Part shown: positions 28,944-39,700 of the stretch, one piece after another
How positions within the stretch are numbered: the first letter of the stretch is position 1
How the letters are laid out: each line of letters starts with the position of its first letter
Assembly: GCA_963804975.1 (NCBI GenBank)
Contig: CAWDSG010000001.1
Location: 118 to 64,117, forward strand
Length of the DNA: 64,000 nucleotides
From: an uncultured bacterium
GTDB taxonomy: Bacteria; Patescibacteriota; Minisyncoccia; Phycocordibacterales; GWA1-40-21
Direction: 5' to 3'
The notes under the pieces: generated by a model
Told to the model about the DNA's origin: nothing
Seen by the model: only the letters and a program-made list of their open reading frames with translations
The model's database searches: none
Translations under genes and position numbers: made by a program

Positions 28944-31490
28944 TTATCTTTTCTTTAGTTCTTCAAATAATCTCACCTGTTCACGCTGGAGGGAGGCATC
29001 AAATATAATGCGATACTCAAAGTTTTTGTTTACACTCTGAAACTCATTAAAACCGATTTCTTTTGCCAACACTTCGTTTGTTAGATTTTCCAACTTTCCT
29101 TTATACATCTTTTTATTTGCTTCATAATCAGCTCTCTCACCTCCACCTTTTGCTTCAATCACAATAAAACGCTCTTTTGAGGTCTCAATAAGAAAGTCTG
29201 GAAAATATCTTCCGACACGCTTCTGTTCTGGGCTCCAGTATTCAAAGTAAAAATCTGTTCGGCTTGGGTCCGCACAGACACGGGCTCCAGTGAAATAGAC
29301 ATCCTTGATAGTTTCTTCTTTATCAAGCACATCTCTCAAGTATCGGAACAAATCCTTTTCATCACCGCTATCAAAAGCATAGGGATTGATATGAAAACCA
29401 AGACGACCCTTTCGTCCGTTATCCTCTTCTTCATTCTTATACACAACTAAAGCACTTCTACCCAACTGAACACTTATTTTGAAAGGAAATAGTTTTGTGA
29501 GTTCAAGTTCTTCTTCCACAATCTCGGTTTTTTCTTCATATTTGTATGCACTCTTGAGAATTTCTTGTATAACAAAAGGAATGAGAGCAAAGTTATCATT
29601 CGCTATCTTTACAAACTCTTCTCGTTTCTTACCACTGCCAAAAATAATACTATCAATCACGACACAGGATAAATGAGTATAACGATTGATGACTTCCGCT
29701 ATCTCATAGAAAGTAAAATCGTTTTTATCTTCAATCTTTCGGACCGCACGGGCTTCGCTGTATCCAGCTTTTCCCTCATCACCAAGGAAAATACCACCTT
29801 CACTTACAAATGATTGATATTGCTCTGGCTTAAACCTTTTGAAATCTATCTTGATACTTTCTGCGTTCGCTTCTTGAACTGCTAAAATCTCTTTGAGCAC
29901 TTTCTTCACCTTGATTGTCTTTCGCTTCTCTACTTCAAGAGTGTGCTCCACCATTTTTTGGTCCTGTGCGTTCAACTCACTGATGCTTGAAGCAAAGTTA
30001 TTCTTTAATTCTTTATCAAGTATTTTGTAGTTTTCTTTTGATAGGAAAATGTGAGCACGAGTAGAATTATCACCAATAGAACGGAGACAGCGTGTCGTTG
30101 ATTGAAGCACAAGAATAGTGCTCTTTGGTTTCTTATAAAGAGCGACAGAAACAAGTGAGCGACAGTTCCAACCTTCAGTTCCTTTTCCGACAAGTAGAAC
30201 AAACTGCTTTTTACTATCGGCGGTATCAAGCTGTTTGAAATCATCGGCGTTATCTTCTGCTTCTGTGTGATATTCCAAAATAGTATCTGGCGAGATATTT
30301 CTTTCAGTAAGAATACGCTCAATCTTTGGTCTCAAATCATTTCTTACATCAGCGATATTTGATGCAAAGAAAACAATCTTCGGCAATCTTCCTTCAAGTC
30401 GTTTTGTGCCATATTCAGAAATAAATGTATCAATGACCTCTTCAAGAAATTTCTGGGACCTTACTACTCCATAATCCAATATACGGACCTGTTTCAAAAT
30501 ACCTTTCTCAATACCTTGTTTGAGACCGAAGTGATAAACGACATCAGAAATCATTTTATTGTTCACATAGGGAGTTCCTGTGAGGTTCACGACAGATACA
30601 AGTGGGGTATGTTTGTGAAGATAATCAATCGTCTGGCGTGTCTTCTTCAAAGTTCCTTCAAGAGTTTTGCCGTATGAGTGATGGGCTTCATCCACAAATA
30701 TCTGGAGCGAGCCAAGCTGTCTGATTGCTTGTAATCGCATATTTTCAACTTCTCTTTTGCCGAGTTCACTCTTATCTCCAAAAAGTCTTTTTGTGGCATT
30801 GTCCCCGTCCCCATTTCTCGTCTTCAAGATTATTTTTTGAGAGTTAGAAACGATAACATTGTAATTGCCGTTTGGAGCAAGGGCTGTATCAGTGCTTTCA
30901 AGATAGTGATATTTTATATTCAAAATTATATTCTCATATTCTTTCGGAAGAACTCTTGAGTAATCAAAAGTTTTAATTTCCTTCAAACTTTCAATAATGG
31001 TTGTGTCGGGAGCAAAGACAAGAGCATTTTTCGCAAATCTTTCATCCTTATCGTGATAAAAAGATAGAACAAAATCATATAGCATCATCACCGCCATCAA
31101 GATTGTCTTTCCCGAACCCATAGTAAGAGCATAGACTTGGTTTGCATAATCCGAGGTCCCGAACTTCTCATCAAGAATTGCTTGTATCTTTTCATCTTTC
31201 TTCTTATCGTATGCAAGCTCAAATGCTTCTTTATCAGAAATACCAAGAGCACGAATAAACTCAAGCTCATTTTCAAATGATTGTCTGAACACTTCCACAG
31301 ATGCCTTATTACCAATTACCTCCTTAAGAAAAATGTATGTCTCCAGTGCTTCTATCTGTGGCTCGTGCAAAAAAGCCACTCGTCTGATATGTGCGAGTAT
31401 GTTTTCTGTTTCTTTATGGACCCCTTTGTATCCATCAGCTCGCCACTTGGCAACTTGCTTTTGTATATTTTGTAGAAAAAAACTATCCAT
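28944..31490 (-). CDS. res: Type III restriction enzyme Res subunit (SF2 helicase + C-terminal PD-(D/E)xK nuclease)
   Basis: 848 aa; Walker A MGSGKT, DEAH box FVDEAHHSYG, helicase motifs, C-terminal FPDFLIE..IEAKGG nuclease motif. Confidence 0.8.
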   Translation of the reverse strand: MDSFFLQNIQKQVAKWRADGYKGVHKETENILAHIRRVAFLHEPQIEALETYIFLKEVIGNKASVEVFRQSFENELEFIRALGISDKEAFELAYDKKKDEKIQAILDEKFGTSDYANQVYALTMGSGKTILMAVMMLYDFVLSFYHDKDERFAKNALVFAPDTTIIESLKEIKTFDYSRVLPKEYENIILNIKYHYLESTDTALAPNGNYNVIVSNSQKIILKTRNGDGDNATKRLFGDKSELGKREVENMRLQAIRQLGSLQIFVDEAHHSYGKTLEGTLKKTRQTIDYLHKHTPLVSVVNLTGTPYVNNKMISDVVYHFGLKQGIEKGILKQVRILDYGVVRSQKFLEEVIDTFISEYGTKRLEGRLPKIVFFASNIADVRNDLRPKIERILTERNISPDTILEYHTEAEDNADDFKQLDTADSKKQFVLLVGKGTEGWNCRSLVSVALYKKPKSTILVLQSTTRCLRSIGDNSTRAHIFLSKENYKILDKELKNNFASSISELNAQDQKMVEHTLEVEKRKTIKVKKVLKEILAVQEANAESIKIDFKRFKPEQYQSFVSEGGIFLGDEGKAGYSEARAVRKIEDKNDFTFYEIAEVINRYTHLSCVVIDSIIFGSGKKREEFVKIANDNFALIPFVIQEILKSAYKYEEKTEIVEEELELTKLFPFKISVQLGRSALVVYKNEEEDNGRKGRLGFHINPYAFDSGDEKDLFRYLRDVLDKEETIKDVYFTGARVCADPSRTDFYFEYWSPEQKRVGRYFPDFLIETSKERFIVIEAKGGGERADYEANKKMYKGKLENLTNEVLAKEIGFNEFQSVNKNFEYRIIFDASLQREQVRLFEELKKR

Positions 31491-31494
31491 AATT

Positions 31495-33312
31495 TTATGC
31501 GTTTATTTCAAAGGTTTCAAAGTATTCCTCACCGAGCACATCCACGATTTTGATTGCGACAGTGTATTTACCCTTCTTTGGGTAATCCCAAGAATACTTG
31601 GCTTTGATAACTTCTTTTTTATCTGGCAAGTCCATAATCTCGGCATTAAATAATTTTCCGTTGTAGTCAACATCAATCGCAACACTGTCAATAATCTGCT
31701 TGAAATCTTCTACTTTTGCTTGGCTCTTTTTTCTCGAGCACTTTTTCATTTTCAATCTCTAGTTTTCGCATCAAAATCGGGGAGTAGAAATCTTTTATCT
31801 CAACAGCGAGCTTCTTGTCTTTTGCTTTCACTTCAATTTTTGCTTCTGGCTTCTTCTTGAAGATGAGATTTTTCTTATCAGTCAAGAATATCTCGGACCT
31901 CTATTTTCACGCCAGTTTTATTTTCCTTCTTTATAAAATCTCGTCACATCAAGCTCCATACCAGAACAAATGACAAGCACACCTTCTTCATAGACTGGCT
32001 TCTCCCGCCTTTGATTTTGCTTTTACTGTAAAAGCTATCAATGCTTGTCTCCAACACTTTTGAAGACGTGTGCGAATATCCATTTTATTGAGAACACGAT
32101 TAAGAGGCATAACCTTCACAAAGTTATTATCAAGAACTCCATCAAAATATGTTCGTTTTACTGGTTCTACTCCATACATTTCCATAACAATTTCTTTCGC
32201 TTCAATTTCATTTTTGAAAACATCATAGTCATTCACATTGAGAATTTTGAAACCAAGAGAACCCTTGAAATCCTCTTTGTCTTTTCTTTTTGCTGGTCCG
32301 TAATAATTTGATTGAGCCGTTTCGTTGTTGTTTGTATTGCTCCGATATTGATGTCGCATCCTATCCATTTTCGTCCGAGTTTTTGTGCGATAACTTGTGT
32401 TGTTCCAGAACCCATAAAGAAATCAGCGACAACATCACCTTCATTTGAAGATGCCATTATAATACGCTCCAGAAGTGCCTCTGGTTTTTGCGTGGGGTAA
32501 TCAACTCTTTCTTTTGCTGTGGCGTATTTGCTGGAAGGACATCACATCACCCCAAACATCTCCTATGTTTTTTCCGTTTTTTATCACATCATCAAGGTAT
32601 ACAATCTCACCTCTACCATCAAAATATAACCTCCCGTCTTTATCTTTTTTATCAAAGCGGTCAAGATATTCTTTTTGTGCGGAACTTTTAACTTATTGAA
32701 AACCTTATTTTGAGATTTTGAATAGAAAAAGATATTATCGTGTCTTCTTATCCATTTGTTTGCTTGGGTTTTGAAACCAGACAAAACAGTAATGTCCCAT
32801 ACTAATTTCATCGCTGGAAGTTTTCAATACCAAATACTTCATCAAGAATTATTTTGACATAATGTGAGCGTTTCTGCCATCGCATATGAACATAAATACT
32901 TCCTTTTTCAGAAAGAAGTTCACGCATCAATACCAATCTTTCATATATAAATTGTAAATACTCATCTTTCTCCCAAATATCTGTATACTGTTTCTCTTCA
33001 AAAAGTCCTTGACCGACACCATTCAACTTTTTCGCCACGGACTTTCACTTTCTTCACATAGTCCGCCTTACTATCAAACGGAGGGTCAATGTATATCAAA
33101 TCTATCACTCCACGATATTCTTTCAAAAGATGCGAAAGCACTTGAAGATTATCACCCCAAAATAATTTATTAAAATCTTTTGCACTCTTATCGCCATACA
33201 CTTCAGTCTCTTGTGCTGGAAAAAATTGCACACTCTCAAGCGGTTTCTTGCCTACCCACTGGAGAAGTGGACGACCCTTTGCTTGTTCTACTTTTTGATA
33301 TTCATTTTTCAT
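31495..33312 (-). pseudogene. mod: Type III DNA methyltransferase Mod (beta-class N6/N4 MTase) broken into at least 7 ORF fragments by frameshifts
   Basis: fragments carry in order: motif IV LIYIDPPF, central ERL.LMRELLSEKGSIYVHM and IVW-like region, C-terminal motif [10 protein letters not shown]; pieces 32998-33312, 32808-33038, 32584-32811, 32233-32457, 31988-32368, 31688-31885, 31495-31755. Confidence 0.75.
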
Positions 33313-33330
33313 TGTAATTGTAATTTTTAT

Positions 33331-33546
33331 TTATAAATCTACGAATGAGAACTGCAAGAAATTGATAATGTCTTCCTTTTTGTATCTTCGCACTCGTTTG
33401 GTCCCGATGCGAATAGCTGGAAGTGTGCCATCTTGGTCCCATCTGCGGAGCGTGTTTGGATGAACTTTTAGTATTTCACACGCTTCGGAAAGTGTTAGAA
33501 GCTCTGGGACATCAAACTTGTCCTTTTTGTCGTTTTGTTGTTGCAT
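33331..33546 (-). CDS. Excisionase/AlpA-family HTH DNA-binding protein (MerR-superfamily HTH_17)
   Basis: 71 aa; LLTLSEACEILKVHPNTLRRWDQDGTLPAIRIGTKRVRRYKKEDI. Confidence 0.65.
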   Translation of the reverse strand: MQQQNDKKDKFDVPELLTLSEACEILKVHPNTLRRWDQDGTLPAIRIGTKRVRRYKKEDIINFLQFSFVDL

Positions 33547-33658
33547 ATTGATTTTATACCTACCTTTTGATACCTTTATCTTACAGCAAAGAGCTCATAT
33601 CTCCAAGAAGTCGCCTGTGGATTAAGCCCTTAAAATTACAATTAACCAAAAATTACAA

Positions 33659-34865
33659 TGGCAAAACAGTATTCAATCAATGGTTTCTTGCACAGTATAA
33701 ATGACTACTCCTTTATTGAGCAGTATTTTCAAAAATGTGGTATTACTGGTTTTTCTTATATTAAAAATCAGGATGGAAAAAAGAAAAAAAGGATGACGAA
33801 CAAATAATTAAAAGTGTTGAAGATATAATTCTGAAACAGGGTGAGGTTGTTCAACAAGAGATTGAGAGAGATTTTTCTGATATAAATAAATTATCAGATG
33901 ACAGGGGCACAGAAAACCTACTTCAAGAAGCAACCGACCAAGACATCAATCCCCCAGTAAGTGTTCTAACACAAAATAACGGACACGAAATTGCCTTTTG
34001 GTTTTTCAATAATCAGAAAAATGTTTTTGACGGAGCAAATGCTGTGCAAGAATTTTTTACAAGCGGTTGGAAGCGAGTGCCCGTGCCAAACAAAGATATT
34101 GCTGTCGTGTCTCAAAATAAAGGAGCTCTTGAAACAGCATTGAAAACATACTATCAAAATAGAGATAAAGGTCTTGGACAGCGATGTTTGATTGACATAT
34201 ACCCGAAGAAAGACAGAGTTTATGTCGTGGCTTACATTTCAGCTCGTGGAGTAAATGATGTTATCCCAGACGAGAAAAATGAAGAAAAACTCATAAAATC
34301 AACACGCAGAGAAAGCATAGAAATCTATTATCTTTATCTACGAAGTGAAGATGATAAAGAAGGAGGAGAACTTGAAATCAAAGCTAAAGGAGGATACACA
34401 ACAGAGAAAGAACTACTCCGAGTATTTTCACAATCTGTATTAAAGCATACACTTGATGACACAAAGCAAAAATACGACTTGGAACCTTTGAAAAATAAAA
34501 ATTTCTCTTTCGTTTATGATACCGAAGATGAGGTGGAGGGATGGTGGCTTAAAGGACTTGATTTGAAAACCCCAGATTTGCAGACAAAAATAAAACTTAC
34601 AACAAAAAATGAGAACGGGGGTGGTGTTGAACCAATGTGGCGACAATTAAATTCCTTGCAACTAGCAGATAAGATGAGCTCTTTGAGGTTAGACAAAGCA
34701 GAAATGAAAATAAAGTTCAAGCCAACAAAAAAGCATCCAAAAGGAACAAAGACTTTTTATATTACTTGGAAAGATACGAGCTCTCTCAACGATATTGACG
34801 ACCTTGATATAAAAGCTGGACAGGTTCTTAAAAAATCAAAAATTGATTGTGGATTTTCTAAATAA
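33659..34865 (+). CDS. Hypothetical protein, split by a frameshift inside a 7-A homopolymer (33784-33790); ATG 33659 frame stops at 33807, downstream frame 33765-34865
   Basis: adding one A joins both frames into a 402-aa ORF; no domain recognised. Confidence 0.5.
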
Positions 34866-34915
34866 ATTACTTACTAAATATAGTCATTTCTCCGATGTGG
34901 TGGCGACAATAGGAG

Positions 34916-35824
34916 ATGTTGAACAAAATAAGAAAGATTTTGATATTTTGTCTGCTTTGGATGTGCTCATTAAGATTAGCGACCCAAAGTATATCTTGGT
35001 GCAAAACCTGCGAAAGTGAGAGTGTTGAGGTCCATTATGTAGCATCACGGAAACAAGCATACACAATCTGCACCCAAGATGAACACGCTAGACGAGATTA
35101 TTTTAATCCATCCGAAATAAGACAATGGCAACTCAATACCCTACCACTACTTTCACTATTTCAAAAATCAATCGGCATACAATCACCAAAAACCACAGAA
35201 AACATTGATGGTCTCTTGTGGGATTTCGGCACACAAAAAGTAAATGGAGTCTTTTATCATTTATTTTTCTGCCGAAACATAAATGATATTGAAAAACCAA
35301 AAATATCCATCATCACAAGTCTGCCACGCTGTGTTGTGTTTTATACTGGAACACCACATATTTCTCTGCCAGATAAAGTTCTTATGGTTCCATTGATTGA
35401 CTTAATAAAAAAGATAACATCCAAAGGTTTATCAATTCACAAGGAGGTTATGGAGCAATTTTTCCCCAAAAATGTATATGCAACGAAGGAGGGGGCGATA
35501 GAACTTGATGAAAATATCGTTCTTCTAAATAATCATCTTCTTTTTGAACCATTACGAGGTGGAAACTTCCAAAAACAATCCAAGGAAAGATTGAGACCTT
35601 TCGGCGTTCGCATAATCACACACCTTTTTGGTATACGAACATATCAAGAAAACTCAAAAACACTTGCGGAACTATCAGAAGCTCTTGGTAGCACAAAAGT
35701 ATCAGTCTCAAACGAGATAAAGAGAATTGAAACAATATGCAAAAATAATAATCTTCAATTTATACTTCATAAATACTCTGGAGATAAATACGGCATCAAT
35801 CCACATTTTAGCTCGTGTAAATAG
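34916..35824 (+). CDS. Hypothetical protein with C-terminal HTH-like segment; N-terminal ~30 aa of ORF look non-protein-like and an overlapping frame (34813-35002) looks better, suggesting another 1-nt indel near 34990
   Basis: 302 aa; TLAELSEALGSTKVSVSNEIKRIE resembles HTH; alternative frame gives ...VATIGDVEQNKKDFDILSALDVLIKISDPKYILVQNLRK*. Confidence 0.4.
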   Translation: MLNKIRKILIFCLLWMCSLRLATQSISWCKTCESESVEVHYVASRKQAYTICTQDEHARRDYFNPSEIRQWQLNTLPLLSLFQKSIGIQSPKTTENIDGLLWDFGTQKVNGVFYHLFFCRNINDIEKPKISIITSLPRCVVFYTGTPHISLPDKVLMVPLIDLIKKITSKGLSIHKEVMEQFFPKNVYATKEGAIELDENIVLLNNHLLFEPLRGGNFQKQSKERLRPFGVRIITHLFGIRTYQENSKTLAELSEALGSTKVSVSNEIKRIETICKNNNLQFILHKYSGDKYGINPHFSSCK

Positions 35825-35884
35825 CTCACTAAATCATTCACCAATTTTCGCTCTTGTGTGGATAACATAAAAGCAAACACATAA

Positions 35885-35920
35885 AAAAAACCCGAGAAAT
35901 CGGGCTTTTTTATTTTTCAA
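35885..35920 (+). terminator. Rho-independent terminator
   Basis: AAAAAAAACCCGAGAAATCGGGCTTTTTTATTTTT. Confidence 0.7.
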
Positions 35921-36020
35921 AATCCATTTTTGACAAGCCATATCGGTGAACCCTTTTGTTTTGATAGTGAAGTTTTCAGTCGGAACCTCACTTATTACAA
36001 ACAACTATTAACCAAACAAT

Positions 36021-36320
36021 ATGACAAATAAAAAAACAGAAAAGTTTTTGTTAGAAGAGGAAAACGAGATTATACCTCTTGAAGACAACAGCAATTTCTT
36101 TTTTAGTTTTGATTTGGGATTAGCGACCGCACTTATAACTGCGGGATTTTCGCTTGTCTCACTGGACCGTAAAAATCTGCATAAAGCCCAATTCATTTTC
36201 CGCCGTGGAGACGGGATGGACGAAGTCGTTGATGCTTACTGGGCAGATAATCTTGAAGTGAAAGCCAGAAAATACTTTGACACTCTCAAGATGCTCAAGA
36301 ACAGATTATATTCCGAATAA
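36021..36320 (+). CDS. Hypothetical protein (element cargo)
   Basis: 99 aa ORF. Confidence 0.35.
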   Translation: MTNKKTEKFLLEEENEIIPLEDNSNFFFSFDLGLATALITAGFSLVSLDRKNLHKAQFIFRRGDGMDEVVDAYWADNLEVKARKYFDTLKMLKNRLYSE

Positions 36321-36322
36321 TT

Positions 36323-36541
36323 ATGGTTTTGTCAGATGAAGACATCATAAAATTCCAAGCACTTTATAAAAGTGAGTTCGGAATGGAAATCAGCAGAGAA
36401 GATGCCTACGAAAAAGGGATAAAACTTTTGCAATTGATGTCTGTTGTCTACAAACCTATGACGGAAAAAGAATACGAGTTTATTCAGAAGCATCGCATAG
36501 ACACGCTCCCTTTATTAGAAAAGAAACTTAAAAATATATGA
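36323..36541 (+). CDS. Hypothetical protein
   Basis: 72 aa ORF, 2-nt spacing to neighbours (operon). Confidence 0.3.
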   Translation: MVLSDEDIIKFQALYKSEFGMEISREDAYEKGIKLLQLMSVVYKPMTEKEYEFIQKHRIDTLPLLEKKLKNI

Positions 36542-36810
36542 AATCATTAGAAAGAAGGTTCCAAAGTATCGCAGAAAAAAATCCTAGTTTTAGTTCTTAC
36601 ATCTGCTTTTCCAAAGCAATAGAAGGACAGAGTTTTAACAAACAAACAGTCCATCGCTGGTTTCAAAAACTGGTTGATAAAGAGGATTATGCAAAAAATG
36701 AAAAGAGAGCCATTTTAGAGCATCTGGATAATCTTTCAAACACCTTGAGGACAACAAAAAAACAAGGCAAAACGGCTCCCCAAGCAATTCTTTTATCAAA
36801 GACGGAGTAA
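36538..36810 (+). CDS. Hypothetical protein
   Basis: 90 aa ORF overlapping previous by 4 nt. Confidence 0.3.
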   Translation: MKSLERRFQSIAEKNPSFSSYICFSKAIEGQSFNKQTVHRWFQKLVDKEDYAKNEKRAILEHLDNLSNTLRTTKKQGKTAPQAILLSKTE

Positions 36811-36840
36811 TTATCATTCACAATTAAATTATCTAACAAT

Positions 36841-38463
36841 ATGAACCTATCAAAAATTACAATCAGAGAATATCTCGCAGAGAAAGGTATCAGTTTTCGT
36901 GAGGGTGGAAATGAGCTCATCACAAAATGCCTTTTCAATGACTGCGACAGAGACAGCAAAGGAGATGACGGACATTTATATTTCAGTATAGAGACGGGAC
37001 AATATGATTGCAAAAAATGCGGAGAAAAAGGCAATCTTATTACACTTGCAAAACACTTCGGTGATACTGGACCAACTCCACGAAAAACAAACACTTTTAA
37101 TGTAGAACTCGTAGAGAAATGCCACGAGGCACTACCACCTCACATCAGAGAGTATTTACACAAGAGAGGGCTCACGGATGCCATTATAAACGAACATAAG
37201 CTCGGCTACGGGCAGTTTTATCGCAAACCTTGGATAACTATCCCTATCAAGGATATTTACGGAAATTACTCATTTTTCAAACTCCGAATGGACCCCGCTT
37301 TTGGCAACGATAAAATCACTTATCCGAAAGGAGCCGAAGCACAACTTTATGACTGGGATAACCTAACAAAACCTAACATTTCCCTTGTCATCTGCGAGGG
37401 TGAACTGGACAGATTACTCCTCCTCTCAAAAGGTGTGCCAGCAATAACCTCTACTCACGGAGCAATGACTTTCAAAGATGAGTGGGTGGAGAAGATAAGA
37501 AAAGATAATAAAATTTATATCTGTTTTGATAATGACGAAGCTGGGAAAAAGGGGTCCGAACGAGTAGCAAAAATGTTGGAAAATGTTGGATGTGAAGAAC
37601 ATATAATCACACTGCCAGATGAAGTCGGAGAAAAGGGAGACATCACCGATTATTTTATAAAACTCGGAGGGTCCGTGGATGACTTGTTTAGCAAATATGC
37701 AAAACCCTATCCAGAAAAGATTGATACCACACAATTTTCTCCGATGAGTTCAGAACAACTTATTGATACGCTCGGGCTCACTATCAAATATGATGCCGAA
37801 AATAAACTGGCAACTTTCTTATGTGAACTTTCTGCTTATACCGAAAGCTCACAATTCAATATCAGCTACAATGCCCCATCATCAACTGGAAAAAGTTATA
37901 TACCAACGGAAATTGCTCGCCTATTTCCACAAGGCGATGTTATGGAGATTGCCTACTGCTCACCCACTGCATTTTTTCACGATGTCGGGCAATATGATAA
38001 AGACAAAAACAGCTACTTGGTGGACTTATCGCATAAAATACTTATTTTTCTAGACCAACCTCACAATGAACTGCTCGCACGATTACGCCCACTTCTTTCA
38101 CACGATAAAAAAGAAATTGCGATAAAGATTACAGACAAAACACAGAAAAACGGGACTAAAACAAAAAACATTCTTTTGCGTGGCTATCCATCAGTTATCT
38201 TCTGCACTGCTGGACTTCGTAAAGATGAACAAGAAGCAACGAGATTTTTACTTCTATCTCCAGAAGTCAATCAAGACAAAATACAGCAAGGTATCAGTGC
38301 CACAATACGCAAAGAAGCAGATAGTGAAAGTTTTGTAAGCTGGCTTGAAGAAAATCCAGAAAGAATACTTCTCAAAGAGCGTATCCGTGCTATTAAACTG
38401 GAAGAAATAAAAGAAATAAATATCACAACGCCAGAAAAAATTGAAGCAGGGTTTTTTGAGTAA
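36841..38463 (+). CDS. Phage/plasmid-type DNA primase (CHC2 zinc finger + Toprim + C-terminal domain)
   Basis: 540 aa; CLFNDCDRDS..HLYFS..YDCKKCGEKGN zinc finger, Toprim LVICEGELD...DNDEAGKKG. Confidence 0.75.
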   Translation: MNLSKITIREYLAEKGISFREGGNELITKCLFNDCDRDSKGDDGHLYFSIETGQYDCKKCGEKGNLITLAKHFGDTGPTPRKTNTFNVELVEKCHEALPPHIREYLHKRGLTDAIINEHKLGYGQFYRKPWITIPIKDIYGNYSFFKLRMDPAFGNDKITYPKGAEAQLYDWDNLTKPNISLVICEGELDRLLLLSKGVPAITSTHGAMTFKDEWVEKIRKDNKIYICFDNDEAGKKGSERVAKMLENVGCEEHIITLPDEVGEKGDITDYFIKLGGSVDDLFSKYAKPYPEKIDTTQFSPMSSEQLIDTLGLTIKYDAENKLATFLCELSAYTESSQFNISYNAPSSTGKSYIPTEIARLFPQGDVMEIAYCSPTAFFHDVGQYDKDKNSYLVDLSHKILIFLDQPHNELLARLRPLLSHDKKEIAIKITDKTQKNGTKTKNILLRGYPSVIFCTAGLRKDEQEATRFLLLSPEVNQDKIQQGISATIRKEADSESFVSWLEENPERILLKERIRAIKLEEIKEINITTPEKIEAGFFE

Positions 38464-39025
38464 AAATAAAACACTCAAACCACGCCACCAAAGAGACATC
38501 AAACGCCTTCTATCACTCATCAAGTCTATTGCCCTGCTAAATGTTTGGTGGAGAGAAAGAAATGGGTCCACAATTACAGCAAACGATGACGATATAAACG
38601 AGGCGTTCAAACTCTGGGACAAAATATCTGTGAGCCAAGAACTCAACCTGCCTCCATATATTTATAATCTCTATAAAGAAGTTATCCTGCCAGCGTGGGA
38701 AGTAAAAAATAATAGCAGAAATGATGCTATTGAAAACATTACAGGCAAACTCGGTCTTTCACGCCAAGAGGTCCTTGAAAAACACTTTGCGGTTTATGGA
38801 AGGATGCTAGACGGACACCAACTTCGCCAACAAATACTCCCAATGCTAGAAACGGCAGGACTTATCGTGCAAGAACAGGACCCCCACGATAAACGCAAGA
38901 TGATGATTTTCCCCTCCTCCCTGTATCATCTTTCTAACGAGACAAAGAATAGTGAAACGGACGGTGGGGTAAAAAACACAGAGCAAGAAAATGATGAAAT
39001 TACTAGCGATGAAATAGATTTCTAA
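38441..39025 (+). CDS. Winged-helix (MarR-like) DNA-binding protein, possible replication/regulatory factor of element
   Basis: 194 aa; ...LGLSRQEVLEKHFAVYGRMLD..QQILPMLETAGLIVQEQDPHDKRKMMIF. Confidence 0.4.
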   Translation: MKQGFLSKNKTLKPRHQRDIKRLLSLIKSIALLNVWWRERNGSTITANDDDINEAFKLWDKISVSQELNLPPYIYNLYKEVILPAWEVKNNSRNDAIENITGKLGLSRQEVLEKHFAVYGRMLDGHQLRQQILPMLETAGLIVQEQDPHDKRKMMIFPSSLYHLSNETKNSETDGGVKNTEQENDEITSDEIDF

Positions 39026-39029
39026 AATT

Positions 39030-39575
39030 ATGGAGGAAACATCACAAAAACAAATTGAAGCCAACAAACTCAACGCAGAAAAAAGCACTGGTCCAAAAAC
39101 TGAAGAAGGTAAGACTGTCAGTAAATACAACGCGATGAAACACGGATTATTGAGTGAGGAAGTTTTATTGGAGGGAGAAGACGAAGAAAAACTAGAGAAA
39201 ATCGGTAAAAATCTACGAGCCGAGCTAGAACCACACACAGAAATTGAATTGATATTGGTGGATAGGATAACCGCGAATGTCTGGCGATTAAAACGTGTTA
39301 TGCAAATGGAACGAGATATGATGGATAATAGCCAAAAAGATATGTTTAGTGGTAAGTTGCAAAAACTTGGACATACATTAACGCACTACGACATTGCTCA
39401 TAACGACATATACGGCAAACTTATTCGTTATGAGGGAAGCATTGAACGAGGTATATACAAAGCATTACACGAGCTTGAGCGTATTCAAGCAAAAAGAAAT
39501 GGTGAAAAGGTGCCACCCCCGATTGCATTAGATATTGATGTATCTGGTGAAAAAGAAAATGGGTTCGTTTCGTAA
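39030..39575 (+). CDS. Hypothetical coiled-coil protein
   Basis: 181 aa ORF. Confidence 0.3.
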   Translation: MEETSQKQIEANKLNAEKSTGPKTEEGKTVSKYNAMKHGLLSEEVLLEGEDEEKLEKIGKNLRAELEPHTEIELILVDRITANVWRLKRVMQMERDMMDNSQKDMFSGKLQKLGHTLTHYDIAHNDIYGKLIRYEGSIERGIYKALHELERIQAKRNGEKVPPPIALDIDVSGEKENGFVS

Positions 39576-39700
39576 AACAATCCAATAAATCGTAAATTAT
39601 CAAAAATTAAAATTAACCATAATCAAAGCTGTTATCTAACTGTTTATCAGTATAATCAAACCTAGTTTCTCAAATGATTTCGGCTGGTTTATAAAAATAT

